Shown one piece after another: positions 29,644-42,666 of a stretch of 64,000 nt of DNA. A program made the position numbers and the translations under genes. Each line of letters starts with the position of its first letter. Position 1 is the first letter of the stretch. The stretch comes from an uncultured delta proteobacterium. GTDB lineage: Bacteria > Myxococcota_A > Polyangia > Polyangiales > Polyangiaceae. The notes beneath the pieces are model-generated. The model had not been told where the DNA came from. It saw only the letters and a list, made by a program, of their open reading frames with translations, and did no database searches. The stretch spans positions 960,001 to 1,024,000 of the forward strand of contig CAWJCS010000003.1 of NCBI GenBank assembly GCA_963841435.1. The letters are read 5' to 3'.

Positions 29644-32019
29644 TCAGAAAATTGCTTCGAGGCCGACGCTCGGGAGCGTGAGCGGGCCAACCTCGCCGCG
29701 CTTGCATTCCGTGCTGTAGCTCTCCGGGGTCAGCTCCCCCCGGCAGTCCATCCCTAGCGTGTTGGCTTCCTTTTCGAGCGTCACGTTCTGCCCTTCGAGC
29801 ACGAACGCGAGCCACCGATCGCTTCCGAGCTTCCAGCGTTTCTCGAGGCGCACGTCAACGCGGTAAAAGGCCGGGTCACGGTGGTTCTTGTAGCGGCGCA
29901 CGGGCACACGCCGGCCATGTTGAGACGGAAGCCCGGTAACCACGACGCGCCTGTCGCCGCGAGCGACCGACTCGTACCCGAAAGCGCCGCGCTCAAACGG
30001 CGCCTGAGCGAAGCGCTGGGTACGATCGCGACGGCGTCGCCTCCCTCGAGCGCCACGAAGTCCGCCTCGCGCACCGAGCGGGAGAGCGTGTACGAAAGCA
30101 TACGGCTCAGCCGCGGCGTGACCGAGCGCGTGACGAGCAGCTCGGGCCCGTGGGCATGACCACGCACGGGTGCAAAGCTCGGGCAGAAGTACGGATCGTT
30201 CGGCTTCGGGCCCTCGCCGCTCGGCGCGCTCGGCGGCTCGAATCTGAAGGCAGCTCGCCGTGAAATCCGTGAGCCCGGTCGAGCGTGTCAGGAACACGGT
30301 CGCGGTCGCCACCACTCGTGCCGGCAGCGTGAGCTCGAGCCCCTGGCTCGCCTGGATCACTCGCTGCAGCTCGCTACTTTGGCCCGGAAACCCGGCGCCG
30401 GCACCGACGACGGCAGGTAGCTCGCCCACGCTCAGCGTGGGGTACTGGTGGGCGACGCCGAAGCTCGAGAGGAGCGCAACGGACGGTGTCGCCGCGACGC
30501 GCATCGAAACGCGAGGGTCAACCGCCGCCACGGTCGTCTGCAGGCGCGGCTCGCTCGAAGTCGCACGTGCCGTCGAGTCGAAGATCGTGACACGAGCGCC
30601 GGGGACGACCTCGATGCGCGATCCGAGTTGCGCGACCAGGTCGAGATAGGCGGCGGGCGTCAGGTTCGTGCGGGGCGGATAGACGCTCGAAGGCACGACG
30701 GTCTGGTTCGGTTCCGCGGGCGCCTCGAGCCGGAAGCCGTAGACCTCGAAGCGGCCCTCTCCACCGGTACGCAGGCGTAGCCACGGCGCGAGATCCTGCT
30801 CGAGCTCGAGGCGAAGCGCTACCGAACGGTTCGTGAGATACGCGGGGTTCGAGCCCTGCGAGTCGTAGCCGAGGGTGGCCCCGATACGGAATCTTCCCGC
30901 GTCCCACGCGTGGTCGTAGCGCAGGTCCACGCGGTGAAAATCGGAGACCAGGTCCTCAATCGTCGCGCCCGAAGGCTCCTCGTGCGCGAGGTAGTCGTGG
31001 CTGCCGAAAGCGAGCAGGCCGAGCGTGCTTCGCTGTCCGACGGCCAACGTCACCCGCGATTGGTAGTCCCAGTACCGGATACGAATGTCGGAGTTGGCGC
31101 TCAGGACCGCTCCCGGAAAACCGTAGCGCCCGGCGACGAGCGCCGTCGCCCGGTCACCCGCGAACGGAGACTCGAGGAGCGCACCGGCGTAACGAGGCGC
31201 AGGCTCGCCTCGCCGTGCGGTCTCGCCGCCGGAGCACGCGTCCGCCCAGCCATGACACCCCCCGCGACGCCACCGTAACTTGCCGGTGCAGCCGCCGGAT
31301 AGAAATCCAGGCTCTCGACGAGAGAAGGGTGGATCACGCCGGGCCCGAGCCCGAGGTGAAACAACAACGGGACGCGTATCCCGTCGAGGAAATACCCGTT
31401 GTCGTTCGGAGGCGCTCCGCGCACGTAGAAGTACGGCAAGCCGCTCAGCGTGGGGGTCACGCCCGGCAGCACCTCGACGGCGCGAAACGGATCGCCGAAC
31501 GCGCCAGCGAAGTGCCGCTTCACAGTGGCAGAAAGCGGGTCGGCGTCACCGATCGCCCGGCGCTCGCCGTGCACCGTCAACCTCCGCCTCCGCACCGACC
31601 TCCGCCTCGCCAATCGCCGCACGCGGCGGCGCGGACTCAGCCGAGGTCGTGGCATTCGTTGCGGCGGGTGGCGCGGCAGGCGCGGCGCGGTCCCCTTGCC
31701 GAAACCCGACGCGCGCGCGGATCCACGCCGCAACCGCGGCGTCGCCGCGCCGGGCCGGCGTGAAGCGCCACGTGAGCACGGCGCGGCGCGCTTGCTCCGC
31801 GAACGGCGGCGCCCCTTCGAGCACGCGGACCGCTCCGACGCTCCCGTCCTTCTCGACCAGAAGCTCGAGCACGACGCTTGCCTCGCCCTCGGCGCCGCTC
31901 GGGTACGGCACGTCCGTGCTCCCGAGCACGACGGGAGGCGCGAGCGCGCTCTCCGCCGCTCGCGCCTCCCCGATGGAACAAAGGCAGCAGACGAAGACGA
32001 GAAAAAGGAGCCGCGTCAC
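29644..32019 (-). pseudogene. TonB-C-domain / TonB-dependent receptor fusion, multiple frameshifts
   Basis: TonB_C (V..DGSV..V.V......F...A..AV..WRF.PA), plug motif GAFGDPFRAVEVLPGV...VRG...GYFLDG, C-terminal LPSVGLEAIF ending in Phe; pieces lie in different frames. Confidence 0.85.
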
Positions 32020-32459
32020 GCCCCTATTCACGCGGCGGCGCGCCCACCCTTTGCGCTCTTTTTCGACGAGGTCTCGGGCCGAGGATGCGCTCGTTGCTGG
32101 CGGGCATGAAGCTTCGGTGAGCGTGGATGTTTGTGGTGACGCGAGTTGATCGGCGGCGACGTGACGCTTCGCGAGCGCGCGCCGCAACCGAGCGCGGCTG
32201 TGTGCGCGAGTGCTGGTGGTCAGCATGGCGTCGTGGTGCTCGCTTCGCTGTCGTGCATGCCGTGCTCGTGGTCCGCGTGCCCCGCACCCGGGTCGGGCCC
32301 GAGCTGGGCGACGGAAAACCGCAGGCCGAGTACGCAATTTCGAGAATCGCGGCGCCCGCGCCGGTTTTGTCGACCGCGCGGCCTGGCACCGAGCGGCTCC
32401 TCACACTATTCCCACTGCACTTGCGTTCGCGAGTGCTTCCCATGCCCGCTCTGTCGCAC

Positions 32460-33479
32460 ATGTACCGAAATTCCTCGCCGCTCCAATTCGGGCTCACGGT
32501 TTGCAGCCTCGTTGGCGCGGTGCTGGCGACGGCGTGCAGCAGCGACACGGGCGTCACGACCGGCATCGGCTCGGGCGGCACGGGCGCCACGCTGGGCTCG
32601 GGAGCTGCCCCGAGCGCCGGCATGAGCTCCGCCGGCACCGGTGGCGCGCCGGCCGGCTCGGGCGGCATGACCATCATCGACGTGGGAGTCTCCGGCTCGC
32701 CGACGACGGGTGGCGCGACCTCAACGGGCCCCACGGGCTTCCCGGATGGGTTCACGCCCGCAACGCTCGGCGGCTACAAAGTCGGGGATCCCATCACCGA
32801 TGCCACGACTCAACCGACGCCCACGACCGACTCCGGCTGCGGGACCACGATCCTCGCCGTGATTCGCGATTTTCAAGCCGACGGCGTGAACTTCGAGAAC
32901 CCGGACCTTTCGAACAGGAGCACCGACGACCTCGGCATCGTCGAGACCACGCTCGGTCCCGATCTGAAGCCGGTCTACGCGCACCCCGGAGCCACGACCG
33001 TCACGGTTTACGACGGCGTCGGCTTCGACACGTTCTTCCGAAACACGCCGGGCACGAACCAGCCCTTCGTCTTTTACATGTACTTTGCGCCGAACGGGAA
33101 CGTGTCGAGCTTCTCGAGCAACGCTTTCTACCCGCTCGACGATCTCGGGTTCGGCAACGATGGCAGCGACGGCCAGCGCACGATGCACAACTTCCACTTC
33201 ACGACGGAAATCCACACGACGTTCCAGTACCAGGGCGGGGAAACCTTCAGCTTCAGCGGCGACGACGACGTGTGGGTGTTCATCGACAACCAGCTGGTCA
33301 TCGATATCGGGGGCGTTCACCAGGCCGAAAGCGCCTCCGTGAATTTGGACATGCTCGGGCTCACCCAGGGTGAAATCTATCCGTTCGACATGTTCCAGAC
33401 GGAGCGCCACACGACGCAGTCGAACTTCCGCGCCGACACGAACCTCGCGTTCGTCAACTGCGGAACCATCGTGAGGTAG
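32460..33479 (+). CDS. Fibro-slime (PA14-like) domain lipoprotein
   Basis: Lipobox ATAC; IRDF, HNFHFTTE, F.FSGDDDVWVFI, DIGGVH and ERHT..SNF motifs. Confidence 0.92.
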   Translation: MYRNSSPLQFGLTVCSLVGAVLATACSSDTGVTTGIGSGGTGATLGSGAAPSAGMSSAGTGGAPAGSGGMTIIDVGVSGSPTTGGATSTGPTGFPDGFTPATLGGYKVGDPITDATTQPTPTTDSGCGTTILAVIRDFQADGVNFENPDLSNRSTDDLGIVETTLGPDLKPVYAHPGATTVTVYDGVGFDTFFRNTPGTNQPFVFYMYFAPNGNVSSFSSNAFYPLDDLGFGNDGSDGQRTMHNFHFTTEIHTTFQYQGGETFSFSGDDDVWVFIDNQLVIDIGGVHQAESASVNLDMLGLTQGEIYPFDMFQTERHTTQSNFRADTNLAFVNCGTIVR

Positions 33480-33480
33480 C

Positions 33481-33507
33481 ACGAACGGCGCGCACGGCGC
33501 CGTTCGT
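33481..33507. terminator. Perfect 11-bp hairpin between convergent genes
   Basis: ACGAACGGCGC-GCACG-GCGCCGTTCGT; no U-tract. Confidence 0.6.
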
Positions 33508-33519
33508 CCGTGGCCTCAC

Positions 33520-35787
33520 TCAATACGGCACCGCCGCCTCGGGCGGTACGGCGGGCAACGCGAGGTCGAGGTACGGCACGGCGTCGGCACCGCCCTCGAG
33601 GTAACGGTAGCGCGCAAAGTTACTGACCACGCGCTCGACGTACTCGAGCGTCTCGTCGTACGGGATGCGGGCGAGGAACACGTCGAGCGGGATCGTCGGG
33701 GCGTTTTCGAGCCAGCGCCGGACGGCCGTGGGCCCGGCGTTGTAAGCCGCGAGCGCGAGCGGCACGCTGCCGCCGAACGCGTCCATGAGCTTCTTCAGGT
33801 AGCGCGAGGAGAGCTCGATGCTCACGCCTGGCTCGACGAGGCGCGCCTCGTCGTAGGGGCGGCCGTGCTCCTCGGCGACGCGCTCGGCCGTGCGCGGCAT
33901 GAGCTGCATGAGGCCCCGAGCGCCGACCGGCGAGCCTGCGCCGACGCGAAACGCGCTTTCCTGGCGCATGATCGAGTAGAGCAACGCTTTTTCCACGCCG
34001 ACGGCCTCGGCGGTCTTTCGCGTGGCCTCGGCAAAGGGGCGCGGGTAGACGCAGTCCCACTGCCAGCGCGTCGCGGGGGTCGGCGCTACCATGAGGGCGC
34101 CCTGCGTCACCGAGGTCTGTGCGAGCTGGTAACGCCGCGCCGCCGTGTCGAGCAGCCCGTACATCGTGCACAGCGCCTCGCCCGAACGCGCCCCGAAGCG
34201 CGCGAGCCCGCGCTCGGACGAACGGAGCTCGGCCTCGGCATCGCGATCCAGGCCGAGCTCGTGGAGCAGCGCCACTTGCGCCGGCAGCTCGACGTCGAGC
34301 GGCCGCGGCTCGCCCACCTGGGAGCCCGGCGGGATCACGGGCGGCAGCGTCACGCCGAGCTGCATGAGGCGCGCCGTGCTCGCGAGCGCAGCGTACGTGA
34401 GCGGCTGGTCGCGCACGACGCCACGAAAGAGCTTCTCGGCGCGCTCCGTCTCGCCCGCACCGGCGCGTGCGACGCCCTCGAGGTGATGCAGACGAGCGGC
34501 GCGTCAATCGTCGCGCTCGCGGCGAGCGAGCGAAGCGAACGTGGAAGCCGCCGCCGCAGGCCGCCCGACCGCGAGGCTTGCCACGGCGCGCTCGTAGAGC
34601 GAATCGACACGAGACCGCGCTCGCAGGCCGTAGCGCGAAAGGTAGCTGTCGTACGCCTTGATGGCCTCGGCGAAGGCACCGCCGGCGTAGTGCGTCCGAG
34701 CGAGCAGGTACGTCGCCTGCTCCGCGAACGGCGACTTCGCGAAGCGCGTCGCAACGTTCTTGTAGGCGCGCACCGCTGCGGCGTCGTCCTGAGCGCGCGC
34801 CAGCGACCGCGCGGCGTAGAACGCGCACTCCGCGGCGTCGACGCCGGGCCCCTTGCTCGCGCGTGTGAAAAGCTCGCTCGCGCGCCGGTAGTCCGCACGC
34901 GAGTAGTAGAGCCCGAAGGCACGAGCGCGCTCGATTCGAGCACGTGAGAGCGCGGGACCCGGCGCCTTGTCGAGACGCTCGAGCTCGGCTTCGACGCGCA
35001 GCCGTTCCCCGGCACGACCGAGCGCAAGCGCGCGCCCGAGGCGCTCCTCCTTGTCGAGCGCCTTGGACGGCACGAGCGCCGCGAGCCGCGTGTCGGCCTC
35101 CTGCGAGCCGACCGGATCCTCGAGCGCGAGCCAGCGCAGGTCCTGGGCGGCTTGCTCCTTCTTGCCGGCGCGCGCCGCGACCCTCGCGCGCAGATCGCGT
35201 GCTCTCGACTCGAGCGATCGCTGCCGCTTGCCGCCGAGCGCGCGAATCACTCGCGTGCACAGGGCGATCGCGCGGTCGAGCTCGCCCGTTTGCTCGCGCG
35301 CCGCCGCGGCCGAAACCTGCGACTCGAGACCCGATTGACCCTCGAAGTATTTCGCGGCGTCCGCATAAGCGCCGCTCCCGAGCGCGGCGTCGGCGCGCAG
35401 CTCTTCGATGTGTGGAGCGAGCGCGGGCAGGTCTTTCTCGAGGCCCGCCAGTAGCTCGAGAGCGCGGCGCGCGTCGCCGAGCTCGAGAGCGGCTCGCGCG
35501 CGCGCCAGCCTGAGACCGGGCTGCTTGTCGAGATCGGAGACGGCGTCGAGCGCCTGGGCGGCGTCGGCGTAGCGGCCGGCCCGGAGCGCCGCGACCCAGG
35601 CCCCCTCGTCGGCGTTCGACGCCGAGTCCGGCGACGCGGATGCCCGGCCCGTGGCGCTCGCGAGCCGCGTGGCCGCCTCGGCGCTCTGCCCCGAGACCGC
35701 GAGGCGAGGGCGCTCACCCGAGCCTCGGCGCTCGCAAGCGGAGCCCACGACGACCAACGCGAGGAGCAGAGCGACAGGCCGCCTCAC
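33520..35787 (-). CDS. TPR-containing soluble lytic transglycosylase (Slt70-like) lipoprotein with one in-frame TGA at 34504-34506
   Basis: Two ORFs in the same frame, joined through ERDD*RAARLHHLEG. C-terminal RQES, GARGLMQLMP, AYNAG and IPYDET motifs. Confidence 0.85.
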
Positions 35788-35886
35788 GCACCCCCGTTAG
35801 CATGCTCGCGGCGACGCACCCAGCGCGCCGGCACGACGCCGGCCAAGGGGCGCTCGCAGCCCCCCCCGGCGCTATCCTCGTGCTCG

Positions 35887-36204
35887 GTGAGCACTCCCAA
35901 GGTTTCGCGCGTGACGGTCGTCCTCGGCCTCCTGTCGCTTCTCGTCCTCGGGGGCGCGCTCGTGACGCTCGGCGTCGCCATTGCGCCGCTCGGCGGCCCA
36001 TTGCCGGAGAGCGGCGCGCACGGCCCCGGCAACCCGCGAGGACGCTACCAGGCCGGCGACAACGTCGATGTCTGGCACGCCGGCAAGTGGTACCCCGGGC
36101 GCATCCAGGCGGTAGGGACCGACCACTACTTCATCAACTACGACGGCTTCTCGATCAGCTGGCACGAGTGGGTCGACTCGACTCGCCTGCGTCCGCGACG
36201 CTGA
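35887..36204 (+). CDS. Small membrane-anchored Tudor/chromo-barrel-like protein
   Basis: N-terminal TM, then GDNVDV...GKWYPGRI.....YFINYDGF...WHEWV...RLR. Confidence 0.7.
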   Translation: MSTPKVSRVTVVLGLLSLLVLGGALVTLGVAIAPLGGPLPESGAHGPGNPRGRYQAGDNVDVWHAGKWYPGRIQAVGTDHYFINYDGFSISWHEWVDSTRLRPRR

Positions 36205-36222
36205 ACGGCCGAGCGCGGGCGC

Positions 36223-36747
36223 TCACCAGCCGAACTGGTATTCGGCTCTGAGCAGCGCGGCCGCGCAGGAAGCGGGCTCGCTCAGCGTGTAGTCGAGCAT
36301 GCCCGCGAGACCGAGCCCGAAGTGACGCGTCACCGCCCAATCGAGCCCACCGATGAGCCCGAGCGTGGCCTGCGCCCGCGAGAATGGCGCCACGGGCTCG
36401 GTGACGCCGAGAAAGCCGGTCGTGACGCCGAAGTAAGGGATCCATTCGATGATGTCGAGCTTGTACGCGAGGCCGACCTTGGCAGCGTAGAACGTCAACG
36501 TAACGGCGGCCCGAGCGCTGCGCGCGCCGAGCAATTCGAGTCGCACGTCGAAAACGTCGGAGACGCCGTACGCCGCGTGGAGCCCTAGCGCCGGGCCGAG
36601 CTCGTAACCGTCGCTCGCCGTCACGATGCCCCCGCCGCCGCCGAAGTGCCATTGCCGCTCGAACGCGTGAGCCGAAGGTGACACCACGCTCACGACGACG
36701 AGCGCGGCGAGCGCGAGGGCGGCACGAAGGCACGAAGAGTGTTGCAC
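36223..36747 (-). CDS. Small outer-membrane beta-barrel protein
   Basis: Signal ending SAHA, alternating beta-strands, IPYFG, C-terminal EYQFGW. Confidence 0.7.
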   Translation of the reverse strand: MQHSSCLRAALALAALVVVSVVSPSAHAFERQWHFGGGGGIVTASDGYELGPALGLHAAYGVSDVFDVRLELLGARSARAAVTLTFYAAKVGLAYKLDIIEWIPYFGVTTGFLGVTEPVAPFSRAQATLGLIGGLDWAVTRHFGLGLAGMLDYTLSEPASCAAALLRAEYQFGW

Positions 36748-36775
36748 GGCGCGTTCGGGGGGCTCGGGGGTAGTG

Positions 36776-39010
<2,235 letters not shown>

Positions 39011-39051
39011 TACCCCGTCGCGGCACGCCGCCGAGGAAGACCGGACGCGGC

Positions 39052-39318
39052 TCAGCCGTGCAGGTAGACGGCGAGCGCCGCGCCGGCCACGCACAGGGCG
39101 AGCCAGACCGCGGAGCTCAGCCGTCGGCGGGCCGCCCGCGCCCCCGGCTCGAGGGAGGCCGGGGGCGGCTCGAGGGGCGGGACCGTGATGGGCCCGAGCG
39201 CCATTTCGGAGGGAGGCGGCGGCAGCGCGGCGGCGCGCGGAGACGGCGTCGGATCGAGCTCACGCGTGAGCGGCATGCTCGGACGCTCGGATTCCAGGTC
39301 GGCGGAGGGCTCTGCCAT
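39052..39318 (-). CDS. Small Pro-rich protein with C-terminal TM
   Basis: ORF with ATG start and C-terminal hydrophobic helix preceded by RRR. Confidence 0.5.
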   Translation of the reverse strand: MAEPSADLESERPSMPLTRELDPTPSPRAAALPPPPSEMALGPITVPPLEPPPASLEPGARAARRRLSSAVWLALCVAGAALAVYLHG

Positions 39319-39618
39319 CGCAATACCGTCAACGGCTCGATCGTCCCCAGGGTGTAGGGGTCTGCACAGGTATCTGACGCTCAGGCGCTAAGGGCTCGGA
39401 TCCGCGGGGTCGGGCGCCCGCCCACGGGTGGGCCCGAAGGCCGGTCGCCGCGGAGACGGCCTCCATGGCGCGCCGCGGCCGCCCCGCGACCTCTCGCCGA
39501 CGCGACGAGCAGCGCGCGTGCAAGCCCTTGCACGACGCCAGCGCAAGCGGCTGCACCGAAAGCCGGCGTGACGCGCGCTCGAGCGCGGATCTCGCGTGAT
39601 TTCCGGCACTGCGCGCCG

Positions 39619-39634
39619 CGGCACGCTTGCTGCA
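39619..39634 (+). promoter_or_regulatory. Putative sigma54 promoter
   Basis: CGGCACGCTTGCTGCA = GG-N10-GC, about 40 bp before the GTG start. Preceded by CGTGATTTC, as at 12646. Confidence 0.6.
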
Positions 39635-39675
39635 CCAAGGACGCGCTGATGGCCCACAACCCGAGGACTTCAGCC

Positions 39676-41286
39676 GTGAAAAAATCGCTCAGCTCCCTTT
39701 CCTTCGTCGCTCTCACCCTCCTTGCCGCCACCGGCCATGCTGCGCCGGCGGACTCGGAAGAGCCGATCGCGCCGCCGGTCGCAGCGTCGGGATCCGGCGA
39801 CGCCAACGACGCCGCCGCCTGCGACACGGTGCTCCTGGATGCCGAGCAGAATCCCGACTTCGACGAGATCGTCTTCGCGACGTACCCGGAGCTCGTGGGC
39901 CGCGGCGTCATCGAGGCACTGCAGTCGGGCAATCTCGCCGAGACGATCGCTCTTTCTTTGAACTCGGACGGCGACGAGCTCGTGCTCGATCTCGGTGGCG
40001 AGCTCTACCTGCCGGTGCCCGAGCTTCCGGTCCTTTCCCTCGGCGGCGAGGTCGAGCTCGAAGCGTCGCTCTCGCGGCACGTCCTTCCCACCGGCGAGAC
40101 CGTGTACGAGCTCAAGGGCGACGCCGACCTGCTCGGCGCCGGGCAGGCGTCCGTAGGCATCGCCGGCGGGGCTGTCGGTGGCGCGGAAGCGGCTTCGGTC
40201 ATGTGGCGGTTTTCGAGCCCGGTCGAGCTCGCCCAGGCCGTGCAGGCGCTCGCGGTGCGGGCAGCGCTCGGGCCCCATGTCGGGCCTGCGATCGGCGACT
40301 TGAACCGCCAGATCGCGGCCGTCGACCGCGCGCTCGCGCCGCTTCGTACGGTGCGCGCTCATTTCGTCGGCTGGCTCGCGAGGTTCTTGCCGAGCTCGGT
40401 CATCCAGAGGCTCGAGGCGCTGAATCGCTCGCGCCAAAACCTCGTCCGGGCCGTGACTCGGGTCAACGAGCTTCGCACGGCGCTCACTCGCGACGAGCAA
40501 TCGTTCGCGGAGCGGCCCACCTACGTCGAGCTCGAGCTCGGCGTCGAACGAAGCCGATCGCTCGGCGCGAAGCTCCTCGAAGCGGGCGGCCAGGGCGCCG
40601 GCACCATCGGCATCGAATGGGAAGGCAGGCTCGCGCCGTCGATCTCAGTGCTCGCCACGGTGCGTGGCGGCGTGCCCGAGGATGCCGAGGTCACGCTTCA
40701 CATCAAGAACACCCAGAGCGTGAACGCCGGCGTGCTCGCGTCGCTCGCCGTCAACGTGGAAACCGAGCTCGAGGTCTCGGGGAAGGGCATTTTCACGACG
40801 AGCGGATTCGAGATCGAGGAGGCGAGCGACGTGGTAGAATTGTCGGTGGATCGCGGGTACAGCCCCGCCGCGTGGGCCGTCGTCGGCGCGCAATACGCCG
40901 CCGGTCGCAGGACGAGCGCTTTCACGTACCTTTCGGAGCTCTACTCGCTCGGCACCGCGGGCATCGAGGCGCTCACGTCGGGAGACCCGTCGCTTTCGGC
41001 GGGGCTACTCGCCCAGCTGCCCGTGAGCTTCGAAGGGCAGGCGCGCATCGAGCGCGGCGGGTACGTCGGGCTCACCCTGCAAGCGGGGCAGAGCTGGTCG
41101 AGCGCCGGGCTCCACGCCGCCTTCTTCTGGACCGATCAAGGGACGACGAGCTCGTTCGAAGGTCCGCCGAGCGTCGCGGAGCTCGCTCCGTTGTTCACGA
41201 TGGGCGAAGCGGAACAGCGCATCCAGGACTCCATCGATCTCTTGAACGCCGTCGCGGTGGAGCTCGGTACCGACCCCCTGCTCTGA
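39676..41286 (+). CDS. Secreted hypothetical protein (beta-rich with central amphipathic helical insert)
   Basis: Signal MKKSLSSLSFVALTLLAATGHA; strong GC3 bias; no recognised family. Confidence 0.75.
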   Translation: MKKSLSSLSFVALTLLAATGHAAPADSEEPIAPPVAASGSGDANDAAACDTVLLDAEQNPDFDEIVFATYPELVGRGVIEALQSGNLAETIALSLNSDGDELVLDLGGELYLPVPELPVLSLGGEVELEASLSRHVLPTGETVYELKGDADLLGAGQASVGIAGGAVGGAEAASVMWRFSSPVELAQAVQALAVRAALGPHVGPAIGDLNRQIAAVDRALAPLRTVRAHFVGWLARFLPSSVIQRLEALNRSRQNLVRAVTRVNELRTALTRDEQSFAERPTYVELELGVERSRSLGAKLLEAGGQGAGTIGIEWEGRLAPSISVLATVRGGVPEDAEVTLHIKNTQSVNAGVLASLAVNVETELEVSGKGIFTTSGFEIEEASDVVELSVDRGYSPAAWAVVGAQYAAGRRTSAFTYLSELYSLGTAGIEALTSGDPSLSAGLLAQLPVSFEGQARIERGGYVGLTLQAGQSWSSAGLHAAFFWTDQGTTSSFEGPPSVAELAPLFTMGEAEQRIQDSIDLLNAVAVELGTDPLL

Positions 41287-41311
41287 GCGCTCGCGGTCGT
41301 GCTCGAAGCGC

Positions 41312-41416
41312 GGCGACGCACCCCGGCAGGGGTGCGCCGCCGTTTTCGCGTCACCGGCGCGCCTGCTTGGCGACGCACGCTCGACGGCGTGCGTCGCCGT
41401 TCTCCTGTCACCGGCA
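41312..41416. repeat. Two tandem REP-like hairpin units between convergent genes
   Basis: GGCGACGCAC-loop-GTGCG(T/C)CGCC followed by GTT.TC..GTCACCGGC, at 41312 and 41369. Confidence 0.7.
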
Positions 41417-42517
41417 CCCGGTGCTCGGCGGGTCGATGTTGACGCAGCGCTCGCGCGGCGCGAGCGACCAGGCGCAGTAGTCGAGGTGGACGATGCCCGT
41501 GACGCTCACGAAGTGCGTCGGGTAGGGGAAGCTCAATGACTTCTGGGGATCGCCCGGGCCGCCCAGCGAAAGATCGCCGTACCCCACGTCGTTGGTCAAC
41601 GGGAGCGCCGTTTCGGCGAAGCGGATGACGCCGTAGGGGCCGACCACGTCCTCGCCGCCGTCGTCAGGGAGGCCGTTCACGTCGGTGAGGCGCACGAGGC
41701 CGCCCGCCCAGCGCTGCACGAACGCGGCGTCGTCGCCCGCCGCCAGGTGATCGGCGTCGGCGCGCGAGAGCGGCACCGCACTTGGCGGCTCGCCGTGGCC
41801 ACCCAGCGTGACGGGGCAGCTCGCCTCGACGAGCAGCTGGGGTGACGCCACGGTGCCGGAGCAGCTCGACGGCGCGTAGCTCGAGAAGCGGCCCGCGGCC
41901 GTCACGCGGTCGCCCGGTCGAACCTCGTCGGGGATGCCGTCGGAGCCCGGCACGCAGGGGTCGCCGTCGAGCGCCTCGTCGCCGTAGGAGACGAGCAAAA
42001 AGCCGCGCGGTCCGTCGTCGCCAGCATCCGCTCCAACGTACGCGCCGAAAAGGCAGCTGCCGGAGCTCGCGTGGCTCACCAGAAACTTCTGGCTCGTTGC
42101 CACGGCGTCGATGGCGGCGCGCGCCCCGAGCCGCACCTCACCGCGGCGTATCTCGTCGAACGTCACCGGCTGCGCGTCGCAGTAAACGACGGCACCCTCT
42201 CCCCCCGCAGCAGCGTCCTCGAACGCGCCAGGATCGCCGCCGGCAGACGACGCGCCGCCGCGCGCGGACGCACCGGTAGGCGCACCGCCGCCGGCATTCG
42301 TGCCGGCGCCACCGCTCGACGCCGTCACCCCCGCGTCGCGACCAGCCCCCGCGCTGCCGACCATGGCGTCCAGTCCCGCGGGTGATCCGTCGCCGGGCTC
42401 GACCGCTGCGCCGTGCGAGCCACCCGCGCCCGCGGGGACCCACGCCGCGTCCGGCTCGACGCGGCACCCGGCCGCCACGCCGACGAAGGCAACGACGAGC
42501 CACGCGCGCTTTCGCAT
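41408..42517 (-). CDS. Lipoprotein with Gly linker and probable tandem OB-fold-like domains
   Basis: Lipobox AAGC; V.PGD.V.A.G, LVRLTDV, VTGIV and LAPR motifs. Confidence 0.7.
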   Translation of the reverse strand: MRKRAWLVVAFVGVAAGCRVEPDAAWVPAGAGGSHGAAVEPGDGSPAGLDAMVGSAGAGRDAGVTASSGGAGTNAGGGAPTGASARGGASSAGGDPGAFEDAAAGGEGAVVYCDAQPVTFDEIRRGEVRLGARAAIDAVATSQKFLVSHASSGSCLFGAYVGADAGDDGPRGFLLVSYGDEALDGDPCVPGSDGIPDEVRPGDRVTAAGRFSSYAPSSCSGTVASPQLLVEASCPVTLGGHGEPPSAVPLSRADADHLAAGDDAAFVQRWAGGLVRLTDVNGLPDDGGEDVVGPYGVIRFAETALPLTNDVGYGDLSLGGPGDPQKSLSFPYPTHFVSVTGIVHLDYCAWSLAPRERCVNIDPPSTGCR

Positions 42518-42666
42518 GCGAGCTCCATCGGCTCGCGGCGCGGGTCAGTTGCGGCCCGGCGCCGTGCCCACCCCCAAAATCAAAAAGGGCACTCGCGGTC
42601 GTCGCTCCGCGGAAAGTCGGCGCGTGCTCTCGTGCGGCCGCTCGGCGCTGGGTCCGCCTTTCGGGG

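Noticed and set aside
34504-34560. Selenocysteine recoding or alternative genetic code
   Set aside because: The position is in a TPR helix region rather than a redox motif, no clear SECIS hairpin is visible, and TGA is used as a normal stop throughout the window.
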